A DNA stretch of 64,000 bases, taken from NCBI GenBank assembly GCA_031370785.1, contig JANMQY010000058.1, positions 32,001 to 96,000 on the forward strand. The letters are read 5' to 3'. Numbering within the stretch: the first letter of the stretch is position 1; every line of letters starts with the position of its first letter. The position numbers and the translations under genes were made by a program. Positions 55,069-64,000 of this stretch are shown here, in pieces. This stretch comes from Candidatus Eiseniibacteriota bacterium (GTDB taxonomy: Bacteria; Eisenbacteria; RBG-16-71-46). Below the pieces are notes generated by a model, which saw only the letters and a program-made list of their open reading frames with translations, was not told where the DNA came from and did not search any database.

Positions 55069-57203
55069 TGGAGTGCCCACGAGAGCTGCAGGGTGCCGTT
55101 CCAGTAGTCGGTCTCCGAGCGGGGAGTGGGCTGCGGCACGCCTGTGGTGTAAGTGATACTCCGGTCGGCGCGATAGGTTCGGCGAATATCGCCGGTGAGG
55201 CGCCCGCGCGCGCCGAGCGGCAGATTGACGCTCGCGCCGCCCGAGAAGTTCAGGGTCCTGCCCTTGCGTTGCGGGGCGCTCTCCCCGTTCTGAAAATTGT
55301 TGCGATTGGACGCCTGGTAGTTGGGTTCCAGCACCAACGAGAGCTGCGGCGTCGGGGTGTACGAGATTCGCGAGGACAGCGTGTAGTTCTGGCTCTGGTC
55401 CGACTCGCCGAACGCCTCGAGTCCGTCGAACTGGCGCACGAACGTGCCGCTCGGCTGGACCAGGGAGTTGTGGACCACATCGAGCGTGAGCCGGGGCGAG
55501 AGCACCGCATTGAGCGCGGTGTTGGTGCCATAGCTGAGCGAGAGCCGGTTGTTCTGGGGGAGGAAGGTGTAGAGGAGGTAGTCCGCGCTGATGCTGTTGC
55601 GCTGGTTGACGGTCAGCCCGCGCAGCAGGCGATAGCTCCATCGCCACTCAGAGCGATAGGTGCGGTCCTCGTTGTTGGCCGCGGTGCTCGAGCTCGGCAG
55701 GTTGATGAACAGCGTGCGCGTGACCTCGAGCACCACCGCGCTGTTGAACTTCTCGGACTGGGTGTAGAGCCCTTCCATCCGGTAGCTCTGGATGTACTGG
55801 TCATGGTCGATCGGCGGCGTCCGGAAGTGTCCGAGCAGGAAGTACCGGAAAGAAGAGAGCGAGACCCGCCCGGTGGCCTTGGCCACGATCCGGGTCCCGA
55901 TGTTGCGGCCGAGCGTGGCGCTGACCGAGCGCACGTAGAGCGACTCGCCGTAGCCCCCAGTGGTGTCGCGCAGCGGGAATTCCGAGCGCGAGCGCGTCAG
56001 CGTGAAGTCGTGGTCGATCGCCCATCCGGCGAGCGCATAGCGGGCAACGTAGCCGGCGCTCTGATCGTGGCGCCGGGTCTCGGCTCCGAACAGCTGACCG
56101 CTCAGCTGGCGGGTGCGCCCGTCACGCGCCTGCAGGTTGACGTACCGATCCGAATCCCTGCGGATCCGTGCGGTCGCATCGACGCCGTTGTTCTGGGTCC
56201 GGATCTGCTGGATGCGCGTGCTGTCCTGCGGCGTTTCGACCAGCAGGTCCTTCAGGTTGAAATTGACCACGAGACCGGCTTGGGACCAGGGCTGCAACGT
56301 GAGCGTGCCGCGAGCGACCCGGGTGAGATCGTGCGTGTTCAGCTGGAACTGGGTGTTCGGCACCCGCGTGCGCGAGAGATTTCCGGCGAGCTGCCCGGTG
56401 AAATCCTGCGACAGCCAGTCGCCCCGCGCGAAACGGACCCGACCGTTGAGGTCGCCGGAGATTCCGCGCTTCACCTGCAGCGGATTTGTCTGATCGATTA
56501 CTCCGCTGAGCAGGTTCACATCGGAGCTGATGCCGTGGCCGGGCGACTGCCGGCTGCGCGCCGTGAGCTGCAGGTCGTTGTTCGAGCTGCTGAAATTGTT
56601 GCCCGGATCCGCGTTGTTGTAGCGCTCGAGATTGAGGCGCCCACCCAGCGAGAAGTCCTTCGAGAGCTTGTAGCCGCTCTCGGTGGTGGAGACGCGAGAC
56701 TGCTGCAGGCTGAGCCGTCCCACGGATCGATATCGGTTCAGGCCGATGTTGGTCGTGTTGCGCAGGAACAACCCGCCCCGGATCACGTTGTAGTCCGACC
56801 CGTTGGTCCAGCCGCTCGAGGTCTGCTGGACGTTGTAGCTGCTGGTGTAGTTGAAGCTGGTGACCCGGGTGCCGGTCGCGGCCAGGGGGTTGTAGCGCTC
56901 GCGCTCGAGCATGGCCCCCACGCTGTCCACCGGGATGGCGAGGCTGTCGGCCACCAGCACCAGCCGGTCGAGCGAGTAGCGGTACCGGATCGAGAGCGCA
57001 CGCAGCGTGTCCGGGAGCATCCCCAGGCTGTCGGCCAGCGGAAACAGCCGGTTGAAGTGCAGTCCCAGCGTGTCCCGCAGCAGCGTCGTATCCGCGAACG
57101 CGAACCGCGAAGACGAGGTCTGGGCGCGGCCCGGGCCGGTCAAGGCGGCCAGCGCGAGTAGAAGTGGCAGCAGGAGGAGTGTGGCGCGTCGCAGCAGGGT
57201 CAT
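55065..57203 (-). CDS. Large outer-membrane beta-barrel-like protein, function unknown
   Basis: Signal peptide ending GRA-Q; long S/T/N/Y-rich alternating beta strands; ends WNGTLQLSWALQ. Confidence 0.72.
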   Translation of the reverse strand: MTLLRRATLLLLPLLLALAALTGPGRAQTSSSRFAFADTTLLRDTLGLHFNRLFPLADSLGMLPDTLRALSIRYRYSLDRLVLVADSLAIPVDSVGAMLERERYNPLAATGTRVTSFNYTSSYNVQQTSSGWTNGSDYNVIRGGLFLRNTTNIGLNRYRSVGRLSLQQSRVSTTESGYKLSKDFSLGGRLNLERYNNADPGNNFSSSNNDLQLTARSRQSPGHGISSDVNLLSGVIDQTNPLQVKRGISGDLNGRVRFARGDWLSQDFTGQLAGNLSRTRVPNTQFQLNTHDLTRVARGTLTLQPWSQAGLVVNFNLKDLLVETPQDSTRIQQIRTQNNGVDATARIRRDSDRYVNLQARDGRTRQLSGQLFGAETRRHDQSAGYVARYALAGWAIDHDFTLTRSRSEFPLRDTTGGYGESLYVRSVSATLGRNIGTRIVAKATGRVSLSSFRYFLLGHFRTPPIDHDQYIQSYRMEGLYTQSEKFNSAVVLEVTRTLFINLPSSSTAANNEDRTYRSEWRWSYRLLRGLTVNQRNSISADYLLYTFLPQNNRLSLSYGTNTALNAVLSPRLTLDVVHNSLVQPSGTFVRQFDGLEAFGESDQSQNYTLSSRISYTPTPQLSLVLEPNYQASNRNNFQNGESAPQRKGRTLNFSGGASVNLPLGARGRLTGDIRRTYRADRSITYTTGVPQPTPRSETDYWNGTLQLSWALQ

Positions 57204-57236
57204 TCGGGCACGCGGTGGGGCGTGATCACGCGGGAA

Positions 57237-57266
57237 AGGCTAGCATCGGGCACGAAGCCGGGTCAA
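57237..57266 (-). promoter_or_regulatory. Sigma70-type promoter (extended -10)
   Basis: TTGACC-N18-TAGCCT with TGC before the -10. Confidence 0.6.
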
Positions 57267-57367
57267 CGACACGAGGTACGCGCGGGCGCACGCCTCGCCA
57301 CGAGCGGCGGGTGGGGTGCGTAGCGGCGCGCAGATTGATACCCCGCCAGGTGTCCTCGAGAGCCACG

Positions 57368-57400
57368 AAAAAGCGCCGGCGCCCATGAAGGGCGCCGGCG
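57368..57400 (-). terminator. Orphan intrinsic terminator
   Basis: CGCCGGCGCCC-TTCAT-GGGCGCCGGCG followed by CTTTTT. Confidence 0.75.
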
Positions 57401-57526
57401 GGCGAGTGCGGCGACATGTCCTGACGTCGCGAAATCGTTGCCGAATCCGACGCCGCTCGAGCCTCACCACCTCGGCGGCCGGCGTCGTGGTTCCTCCTGC
57501 ACGTCCTGCCCGTGGGGATTAGTCGC

Positions 57527-57556
57527 TTGCAGCGCTCAAGTTTGAGGTGCTAGCGT
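57527..57556 (+). promoter_or_regulatory. Sigma70-type promoter of mreB (extended -10)
   Basis: TTGCAG-N18-TAGCGT with TGC before the -10. Confidence 0.5.
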
Positions 57557-57667
57557 GCCGAAGCTTGGCGGGCAAGGACGCCCGATCGCCCTCCTCGCAA
57601 GACTCCTTTCCCGATATCAGAACCCTGCGTCACCCGCGTCCGCACTAAACCTACTGGAGAGGCACGG

Positions 57668-58705
57668 ATGTTCCTCGACAGCCTGATGGGTTTCTTTTCG
57701 ACCGACGTTGCCATGGACCTCGGCACCGCCAATACCCTGGTCTTCGTCAAGGGCCGCGGCATCGTCCTGAACGAACCGTCCGTGGTGGCCGTGGACAAGG
57801 CGACCGGGAAGGTCCGGGCGGTGGGGAGCGAGGCCAAGCTCATGCTCGGCCGCACCCCGGATGAGATCAGCGCGGTACGCCCCCTCAAGGACGGCGTGAT
57901 CGCCGATTTCGAGCTGACCGAGGACCTGATGCGGGAGTTCGTGCACCGGGTCCAGAAGCACAAGTTCCTGGTGCGGCCCCGGATCATCATCTGCGTGCCG
58001 TCGGGGATCACCGAGGTCGAGAAGCGCGCGGTCATCGACTCGGCAGTCCGTGCCGGCGCCCGCGAGGTGCTGCTGGTGCCCGAACCCATCGCCGCGGCGA
58101 TCGGGGTGGGACTCCCGGTCGACACCCCGACCGGCAACATGGTCGTCGACATCGGGGGCGGCACCACCGAGATCGCGGTCATCGCCTTGAACGGCATCGT
58201 GACCAAGACCTCGATCCGCACCGGCGGCGACGAGATGGACGAAGCGATCATGACCTACGCCAAGAAGGCGTACAACATGCTCATCGGCGAACAGACCGCC
58301 GAGCGCATCAAGATCGAGATCGGCTCGGCCTTCCCGTTGCCTGAAGAGATGGACATGGAGATCAAGGGCCGCGATCTGGTGCGCGGCATCCCGCGCACAC
58401 TGCGCGTCTCCAGCGTCGAGATCCGTGAGGCGCTGCAGGAACCGGTCGGACAGATCGTGAACGCATTGCGCGAGTGCCTGGAACGCACACCGCCCGAACT
58501 GGCCGCGGACATCGTGGACCGGGGCATCTTCATGACGGGGGGCGGTGCGCTGCTGCGCGGCCTCGATCTGCTTCTGCGCGAAGTCACCAACCTCAACATC
58601 CGTGTCGCCCAGGACCCGCTCACCTGCGTAGTGCTCGGGGCCGGCAAGATCCTCGAGCAGATCGAGGACTTCGAAAAGGTGATCCTGAGCGGCCACAAGG
58701 ACTGA
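57668..58705 (+). CDS. mreB: Rod shape-determining protein MreB
   Basis: MDLGTANT, EPSVVA, RPLKDGVIADF, DIGGGTT and TGGGALL. Confidence 0.97.
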   Translation: MFLDSLMGFFSTDVAMDLGTANTLVFVKGRGIVLNEPSVVAVDKATGKVRAVGSEAKLMLGRTPDEISAVRPLKDGVIADFELTEDLMREFVHRVQKHKFLVRPRIIICVPSGITEVEKRAVIDSAVRAGAREVLLVPEPIAAAIGVGLPVDTPTGNMVVDIGGGTTEIAVIALNGIVTKTSIRTGGDEMDEAIMTYAKKAYNMLIGEQTAERIKIEIGSAFPLPEEMDMEIKGRDLVRGIPRTLRVSSVEIREALQEPVGQIVNALRECLERTPPELAADIVDRGIFMTGGGALLRGLDLLLREVTNLNIRVAQDPLTCVVLGAGKILEQIEDFEKVILSGHKD

Positions 58706-58708
58706 CGT

Positions 58709-59518
58709 ATGGGTGGCTTTCTGCCCCCCGCCCAGCGCCGCAGTAGCGCCCTTCTGGGACTCTACGCGGCGCTTTCGCTTCTGATGCTGATGACCGGAGA
58801 CCGCCTGCCGCAGCCGCTGCTCCGCTCGGTCGGGGCGTTCCTGTTCGCGCCGTTCGATCGCGCGGTACAGACCGTGGACCGCGCAGCATCGGCGTGGCGC
58901 GACAACCAGCAGCTGCACCAGCGCATCGCGGAGCTCGAGATCGAGAACTCGCGACTGCGCGACGCCGGGGTCGAGAATGCGCGCCTTCGCGATCAGCTCC
59001 ACCTCTCGACCTATCGCGGCTACCCGGTGAAGCCGGTCGAGGTTCTGGCGCTCTCGGGAGAAGCGGTTCCGGCCGCGGCGACCCTGAGCGCCGGATCGAA
59101 ACAGGGCGTGCGCGAAGGAGACGGCGTGGTGACCAGCGACGGCCTGCTCGGGCGGATCGGCGAGAGCTACCCGGGGTACAGTCGGGTGGTGCTGCTCACC
59201 GATCTCAACTCGGCGGTTTCGTGCGCGGTCGAGAGCACCGGCGTGCTCGGCGTGTTGCGCTTCACCATCGCGCCCCATCCCCGGCTGGTGCTGACCGGCG
59301 TGCCGCTCACCGACACGGTGCGGATCGGGCAGCGCGTCATCACTTCGGGGCTCTCGCGCCGCTACCCGCGCGGGCTTCCGGTCGGCTCGGTGATCCGGCT
59401 CGGCCGCGACCCGAGCGGTCTGGTTCAGGACATCGAGGTCGAGCCGGCCGCGCGCCTTTCGCGCCTCCGGCACGCGTTCGTGCTGCCGCGCCCGGCCACC
59501 GCGGAGCTGCGCCCATGA
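58709..59518 (+). CDS. mreC: Rod shape-determining protein MreC
   Basis: TM helix, coiled coil ENARLR, GLLGRI and ITSGL...YPRGLPVG. Confidence 0.93.
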   Translation: MGGFLPPAQRRSSALLGLYAALSLLMLMTGDRLPQPLLRSVGAFLFAPFDRAVQTVDRAASAWRDNQQLHQRIAELEIENSRLRDAGVENARLRDQLHLSTYRGYPVKPVEVLALSGEAVPAAATLSAGSKQGVREGDGVVTSDGLLGRIGESYPGYSRVVLLTDLNSAVSCAVESTGVLGVLRFTIAPHPRLVLTGVPLTDTVRIGQRVITSGLSRRYPRGLPVGSVIRLGRDPSGLVQDIEVEPAARLSRLRHAFVLPRPATAELRP

Positions 59519-60027
59519 AGAACGTCCTGGTGCTGATCACCGTGGCGATGATCGCGCTGCTGCTGCGCTCGACCGCGCTCACCGCGCTGACCGCGCGCGG
59601 ACTGGTGCTCGACGTGCTCGCCTTTGCGACCGTGGTCTGGGCGCTGCGCTCCGGGGAAACCTGGGGCAGCGGTTTCGGTTTCCTGGTGGGGCTGGCTGCG
59701 GACCTCGATGCTGCGCACTGGCTGGGCCGGCATGCGCTGATCCTGACGCTCACCGGCTACGCGGTAGGAAGGCTCGGCCGGACGCTGGTCCGTGACAGCG
59801 CACGCACCCAGTTCGTGCTGCTGCTCCTCGCGACGCTCGTGCACCAGGGCTGGGCGGTCGCGTTCGAGTTCGGAGGCATCCAGGGCTGGCCCTACCTGCT
59901 CATGCGCGTCGTGGTCGCCGCGGTCGCCAGCGCGACGCTCGGCACGCTGCTCCTCTCGCTGGCGCGCCTCGTCAGCGGTCAACCCCTGTTCGGACATGCT
60001 GTCCTCGAATCAAGTTCGTCGAGCTAG
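59515..60027 (+). CDS. mreD: Rod shape-determining protein MreD
   Basis: Small multi-TM protein with GFLVGLAADL...LG..AL; lies between mreC and mrdA. Confidence 0.88.
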   Translation: MKNVLVLITVAMIALLLRSTALTALTARGLVLDVLAFATVVWALRSGETWGSGFGFLVGLAADLDAAHWLGRHALILTLTGYAVGRLGRTLVRDSARTQFVLLLLATLVHQGWAVAFEFGGIQGWPYLLMRVVVAAVASATLGTLLLSLARLVSGQPLFGHAVLESSSSS

Positions 60028-61852
60028 GGAAGCGCGTTACGCGCTGCTCACCGGGATGGTCATGCTCGGATTCGGGCTCGTGGTCGCGGGACTGCTTCGC
60101 CTCCAGGTGTTCCAGCACGATCAGTACGTGGAGCTCTCCAAGGAGAACCGGGTCCGGCTCGAGGTGCTGCGCGCTCCGCGCGGCGCGATCTACGATCGAA
60201 GGGGAGAGCTGCTCGCGGACAGCGCGCCGAGCTTCAACGTCGTGTTCCGTCCTTTCCCGAGCGAGAGCGTCGCGTCGGCGCGCCTCACCGAGAGCCCGGG
60301 CTGGATCGCGCGGGTCGCCGAGATGGTCGAGCTCGACAGCGCCGAAGTGCGGGCCCGGGTGAAGGTGGCCAACGGCAGCGGTCAGAACGCATCGCTGCGC
60401 CGCAATGCGCCGCCGCCGGTGGTCGCGGCGGTGGAGGAGTGGCGCGCCGAGCTGCCCGGAATCGAAGTGCAGATCGAGCCGCTCCGCCACTACCCGAACG
60501 GGACCTTCGCGTCGCACCTGCTGGGCTACGCCGGCGAGATCAACACCGCCGAGCTGGATTCCTTGCAGCTTCAGGGCTATCGACCCGGGGACCTGATCGG
60601 GCGCACCGGAATCGAGCGGCGCTACGAAGAGTCCTTGCGCGGGCGCGACGGCGCCGAGTACGTCGTGGTCAACGCGATGGGCAAGCGGGTGACGACGCTG
60701 AGCGAGGGCCCTCCGCTCAGGCCGGAAGCCGGTCACAACCTGCGCCTCACGCTCGACCTCAAGGTGCAGCGCGCGCTGGAAGAGGCGATGGCCGGCGTGG
60801 AGCGGGGCGGCGCGGTCGCGATCGACCCACGCGACGGCGGCGTTCTCGGCATGGTGAGCCGCCCGGCGTTCGATCCGAACGAGTTCTCGGCCGGTCTTTC
60901 GGTGGCGCGCTGGAAGCAGCTCTCGGGCGGCGATCTGAATCCGCTGCTCAACCGCGCGCTGCAGGGCGTCTATCCGCCGGGTTCGACGTTCAAGATCGTC
61001 TCGATGCTGGCCGCGCTGCGCTACGGAGTCGCCAGCGCCCGCACCACCCTGGCCCCGTGCACCGGCCACTGGATCTTCGGCGACCGCTCGTTCGGATGCT
61101 GGAAGGCAGCCGGGCACGGCGTGCTCGACTTCATCGGCGCCCTGCAGCATTCGTGCGACGTGTATTTCTATCAGATCGGGCCGCGCATCGGACTCCCGCA
61201 TCTGGTGGAGACCGCGCGCGCCCTCGGCCTCGGCGAGCGCACCGGCGTGGATCTGCCGCAGGAGAGCCGCGGGCTGATTCCGGACGACGCGTGGTACAAC
61301 CGGCGCTGGGGCGAGGGAAGGTGGCGCAAGGGTATGATGCTGAACCTGGCGATCGGGCAGGGCGAGCTGCTGGTCACGCCGCTCCAGCTCGCGCTGATGG
61401 CCGCGCAGGTCGCCGAGAGCGGCCGCCCGATGCGCCCGCACGTGGTCGAGGACGTGGTCGGCGCGCCCGAGTTCAAGGTGGATCGGCCGGTCGAGCCCGG
61501 CCTGATCGCGGAACCGGCGGTGTGGAGCGCGGTCCAGCAGGCGATGGAGCGGGTGGTGGACTCGGGCACCGGCACCGCGGCCAGGGTCCAGGGGGTACGG
61601 GTCGGCGGCAAGACCGGCACCTCTCAGAACCCGCACGGAAAGGATCACGCCCTGTTCGTCTGCTACGCGCCGGTCAACGATCCGCAGATCGCGATCGCGG
61701 TGGTGATCGAGAACATCGGACACGGCGGCACGTTCGCGGCGCCGCCGGCGGCCGCGGTGATCCGCCGCCTGTTCCTGCCCGACTCGCTTCAGCCGAAACA
61801 CGTGGTCGTCCTGCCGCTCCCGGACACCTCGGCGGTGCGCGATGCCGACTAG
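59996..61852 (+). CDS. mrdA: Penicillin-binding protein 2
   Basis: APRGAIYDRRG, YPPGSTFK (SxxK), SCD and KTGT. Confidence 0.95.
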   Translation: MLSSNQVRRAREARYALLTGMVMLGFGLVVAGLLRLQVFQHDQYVELSKENRVRLEVLRAPRGAIYDRRGELLADSAPSFNVVFRPFPSESVASARLTESPGWIARVAEMVELDSAEVRARVKVANGSGQNASLRRNAPPPVVAAVEEWRAELPGIEVQIEPLRHYPNGTFASHLLGYAGEINTAELDSLQLQGYRPGDLIGRTGIERRYEESLRGRDGAEYVVVNAMGKRVTTLSEGPPLRPEAGHNLRLTLDLKVQRALEEAMAGVERGGAVAIDPRDGGVLGMVSRPAFDPNEFSAGLSVARWKQLSGGDLNPLLNRALQGVYPPGSTFKIVSMLAALRYGVASARTTLAPCTGHWIFGDRSFGCWKAAGHGVLDFIGALQHSCDVYFYQIGPRIGLPHLVETARALGLGERTGVDLPQESRGLIPDDAWYNRRWGEGRWRKGMMLNLAIGQGELLVTPLQLALMAAQVAESGRPMRPHVVEDVVGAPEFKVDRPVEPGLIAEPAVWSAVQQAMERVVDSGTGTAARVQGVRVGGKTGTSQNPHGKDHALFVCYAPVNDPQIAIAVVIENIGHGGTFAAPPAAAVIRRLFLPDSLQPKHVVVLPLPDTSAVRDAD

Positions 61853-63068
61853 GTTCCGGCTGCGCCTGCCCGCCGTCGACGTTCCGCTCGCGCTTGCCGC
61901 GATCGCGCTGGTGACGTTCGGGCTGCTGGTGGTGTACAGCGCCACCTCGGTCCCGGGCGCGCACGAGGGGCTGTGGACCAAGCAGCTGATGTGGGCGCTG
62001 ATCGCGCTGGCCGCCGCATGCGTGGCCGCGGCGATCCATCATCGCGCCTACGATTCGCTGGCCTATCCGTTCTACGGCATCTCACTGTTGATGCTGATCG
62101 CGGTGCTGGTGGCGGGATCGAGCGCGATGGGCGCCAGGCGCTGGCTCGACCTGGGTCCGATCCGATTCCAGCCCTCCGAGCTGGCGAAGCTGGCGACCGT
62201 GCTCATGCTGGCGCGCAGATTCGACAATCCCAAGCTCGACCTGACCCGGATGCGCTACTGGCTGCCGGCGCTGCTGCTCACCCTGGTGCCGTTCGCGCTG
62301 GTCGCGCGCGAGCCCGATCTGGGCACCGCGCTCTCGTTCCCGGTGATCCTCGTCACCATGTACTACTGGGCGGGGATGCCGCTGGGACGCCTGCTGCTCG
62401 GGCTGTCGCCGGTGTTCAACGCAGTGCTGTTCTTCGCGACCGGTTCGCTGTGGTGGTTCGCCGGCCTGCTCGCGGTGCTGCTCGCCGGGGTCCGTCCCCG
62501 CGTCACCGCGCTCGTGACCGTGCTCCTGCTCAATGGCGTGGTGGCGTACGCGCTGCCGCACGTTTGGAATCACATGCACGACTATCAGAAGCGGAGAATC
62601 GAGACCTTCATGAATCCCGGCGCCGATCCCTACGGGGCGGGCTATCAGATCATCCAGTCGCAGATCGCGATCGGCTCGGGCGGCGCCGCGGGGAAGGGCT
62701 ACCTCAAGGGCTCGCAGAAGGCGCTCTCGTTCCTGCCCATGCGTCACACCGACTTCATCTACTCGGTGGTCGGGGAGGAGCTGGGCTTCATTGGCGCGTT
62801 GACGGTGGTGTTACTGTACGCGGTCATCATCGTGCGCGGCATCCGGCTGGCGGCGGTGGTCCGCAATGGATTCGCGAGCCTGCTTGCGGTAGGGCTGGTT
62901 TCCGCGCTCTTCTTTCAGATCATGGTCAACATGCTCATGACCATCGGCTGGGCGCCGGTCACCGGTCTGCCCCTGCCGCTTCTGTCCTATGGCGGGACCG
63001 CGCTGCTCGTGAACGGCATTCAGATCGGCCTGCTCCAGAACGTGGCGCTGCGCCGCAAGGAGCTCTGA
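61842..63068 (+). CDS. rodA: SEDS peptidoglycan glycosyltransferase RodA
   Basis: GARRWL, QPSELAK, PDLGTA, GYQIIQS.IAIGSGG, HTDFI and PLLSYGG. Confidence 0.95.
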   Translation: MPTRFRLRLPAVDVPLALAAIALVTFGLLVVYSATSVPGAHEGLWTKQLMWALIALAAACVAAAIHHRAYDSLAYPFYGISLLMLIAVLVAGSSAMGARRWLDLGPIRFQPSELAKLATVLMLARRFDNPKLDLTRMRYWLPALLLTLVPFALVAREPDLGTALSFPVILVTMYYWAGMPLGRLLLGLSPVFNAVLFFATGSLWWFAGLLAVLLAGVRPRVTALVTVLLLNGVVAYALPHVWNHMHDYQKRRIETFMNPGADPYGAGYQIIQSQIAIGSGGAAGKGYLKGSQKALSFLPMRHTDFIYSVVGEELGFIGALTVVLLYAVIIVRGIRLAAVVRNGFASLLAVGLVSALFFQIMVNMLMTIGWAPVTGLPLPLLSYGGTALLVNGIQIGLLQNVALRRKEL

Positions 63069-63073
63069 CCCAG

Positions 63074-63856
63074 GTGCATCCCGAAATCCTTCATTGGGGA
63101 TTTCTCCATATCCGCTCGTACGGCCTGATGCTGGCCATCGCGTTCCTCGCCGGCACCTGGCTCGGCCTGAGCGAGGCGCGCCGGCGAGGTCTCGACGAGG
63201 ACAAGATGGTCACCGTGATCCTCGCGGCGCTGGTCGCCTCGATCGTCGGAGCGCGCGCTCTGTATGTGCTCGAGCACATCGGCGAGTTCCGTCGCGAGTG
63301 GGGAAGCGTGCTCGCGCTGTGGCAGGGCGGCCTGACCCTCTACGGCGGGGTGGTGCTCGGCACGGTGGTGGGGCTCTCGACCGCGCGCCAGATCGGGCTC
63401 CCGATGTGGAGTGTCGCCGATGCACTCACTCCCTCGCTCGCGCTCGGAACCATGTTCGGACGGGTCGGGTGCTATCTCAATGGGTGCTGCTATGGCCGGC
63501 CGACGCGGACGCCGTGGGGCGTGGTGTTTCCGGCCGACTCGTTCGCCGGACTCGAGTTCGGCAACGCTCCGATCCATCCTTCGCAGCTCTATTTCGCACT
63601 CGCCGGGCTCGCGCTGTTCCTGATCTGCTGGGCGTTGCGCCGAAGGCTGGGGGTGCCCGGAATGCTGTTCTGGCTGTTCATCGTGCTGTTCGCGCTGGTG
63701 CGCATTCCGCTCGACTTCACCCGAGCGTACGAGGCCGACGCGATGGTGCTGCGCCTCGGGGTGGTGGATCTCACCGAGAGCCAGCTGACCAGCATCGCCC
63801 TCGCGCTGTTCGGCGCGCTCATGATGGTGCGCCTGAAGCGCGAGAGCCGGGCTTGA
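63074..63856 (+). CDS. lgt: Prolipoprotein diacylglyceryl transferase
   Basis: IRSYGLM, GARALYV, GGLTLYGG, GRVGCYLNGCCYG and HPSQLY. Confidence 0.92.
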   Translation: MHPEILHWGFLHIRSYGLMLAIAFLAGTWLGLSEARRRGLDEDKMVTVILAALVASIVGARALYVLEHIGEFRREWGSVLALWQGGLTLYGGVVLGTVVGLSTARQIGLPMWSVADALTPSLALGTMFGRVGCYLNGCCYGRPTRTPWGVVFPADSFAGLEFGNAPIHPSQLYFALAGLALFLICWALRRRLGVPGMLFWLFIVLFALVRIPLDFTRAYEADAMVLRLGVVDLTESQLTSIALALFGALMMVRLKRESRA

Positions 63857-63860
63857 TCCG

Positions 63861-64000
63861 GTGGGATCGTTCTGCCGGCTCGGGGTGCTGGGCGATCCGC
63901 TCACCTTCACGCGCTCTCCGGATCTGCACCGCGCCGGGCTCGCGGCCATCGGCTGGAGCGGCGAGTCGGCGGCGCTGCGCACCGGTGTGGATGCGCTGGG
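63861..64000 (+). CDS. Shikimate dehydrogenase-like protein, N-terminus (3'-truncated)
   Basis: The GTG-start frame reads MGSFCRLGVLGDPLTFTRSPDLHRAGLAAIG, resembling the AroE pattern GVxGxPxxHSxSPxxH. Confidence 0.6.
   Translation, partial: MGSFCRLGVLGDPLTFTRSPDLHRAGLAAIGWSGESAALRTGVDAL

Noticed and set aside
57240..57470. 76-aa minus-strand ORF in the mreB intergenic region
   Set aside because: It runs through a strong terminator and a promoter, and has no protein-like features.
57490..57530. GGAGGAACC/AATCC on the minus strand resembling a c-di-AMP (ydaO) riboswitch
   Set aside because: The downstream conserved GGGGxxAAUC and CAGCUAAC elements are absent.
1..64000. CRISPR arrays, defence systems, prophage, tRNA/rRNA genes
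   Set aside because: No regularly spaced repeats, cas, phage or transposase motifs, or tRNA/rRNA signatures were seen; nearly all of the sequence is explained by the listed CDS.

Overview
High-GC bacterial chromosomal window from a diderm organism. The PorV, T9SS-like C-terminal domains, GWxTD protein and NTF2-like lipoproteins suggest an FCB-related lineage such as Ca. Eisenbacteria (inference only). 1-27.4 kb: a tightly coupled Wzx/Wzy exopolysaccharide locus that runs into an exosortase/EpsI/TPR/PrsK/PrsR module. It contains two phosphoglycosyl-transferase fusions, one apparently catalytically dead. 27.4-31.7 kb: a candidate ECF-sigma sRNA, a deoxynucleoside kinase, and ileS with non-canonical HMGT/AMHKS motifs under a complete Ile (AUC) T-box riboswitch. 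31.7-36.8 kb: a sigma54-preceded minor-pilin operon in which PilW is fused to a large adhesin-like region and pilY1 is absent. 37-43 kb: M23, M6 (with T9SS-like CTD), GWxTD and NlpC/P60 envelope genes. 43-52 kb: a beta-barrel gene and a TonB-dependent receptor / T9SS-CTD protein / PorV cassette. 52-64 kb: gdhA, a beta-barrel plus two paralogous lipoproteins, a second candidate sRNA, mreBCD-mrdA-rodA-lgt and the start of an aroE-like gene. No rRNA, tRNA, CRISPR array or mobile element was recognised. All calls come from reading motifs by eye; no searches were run.
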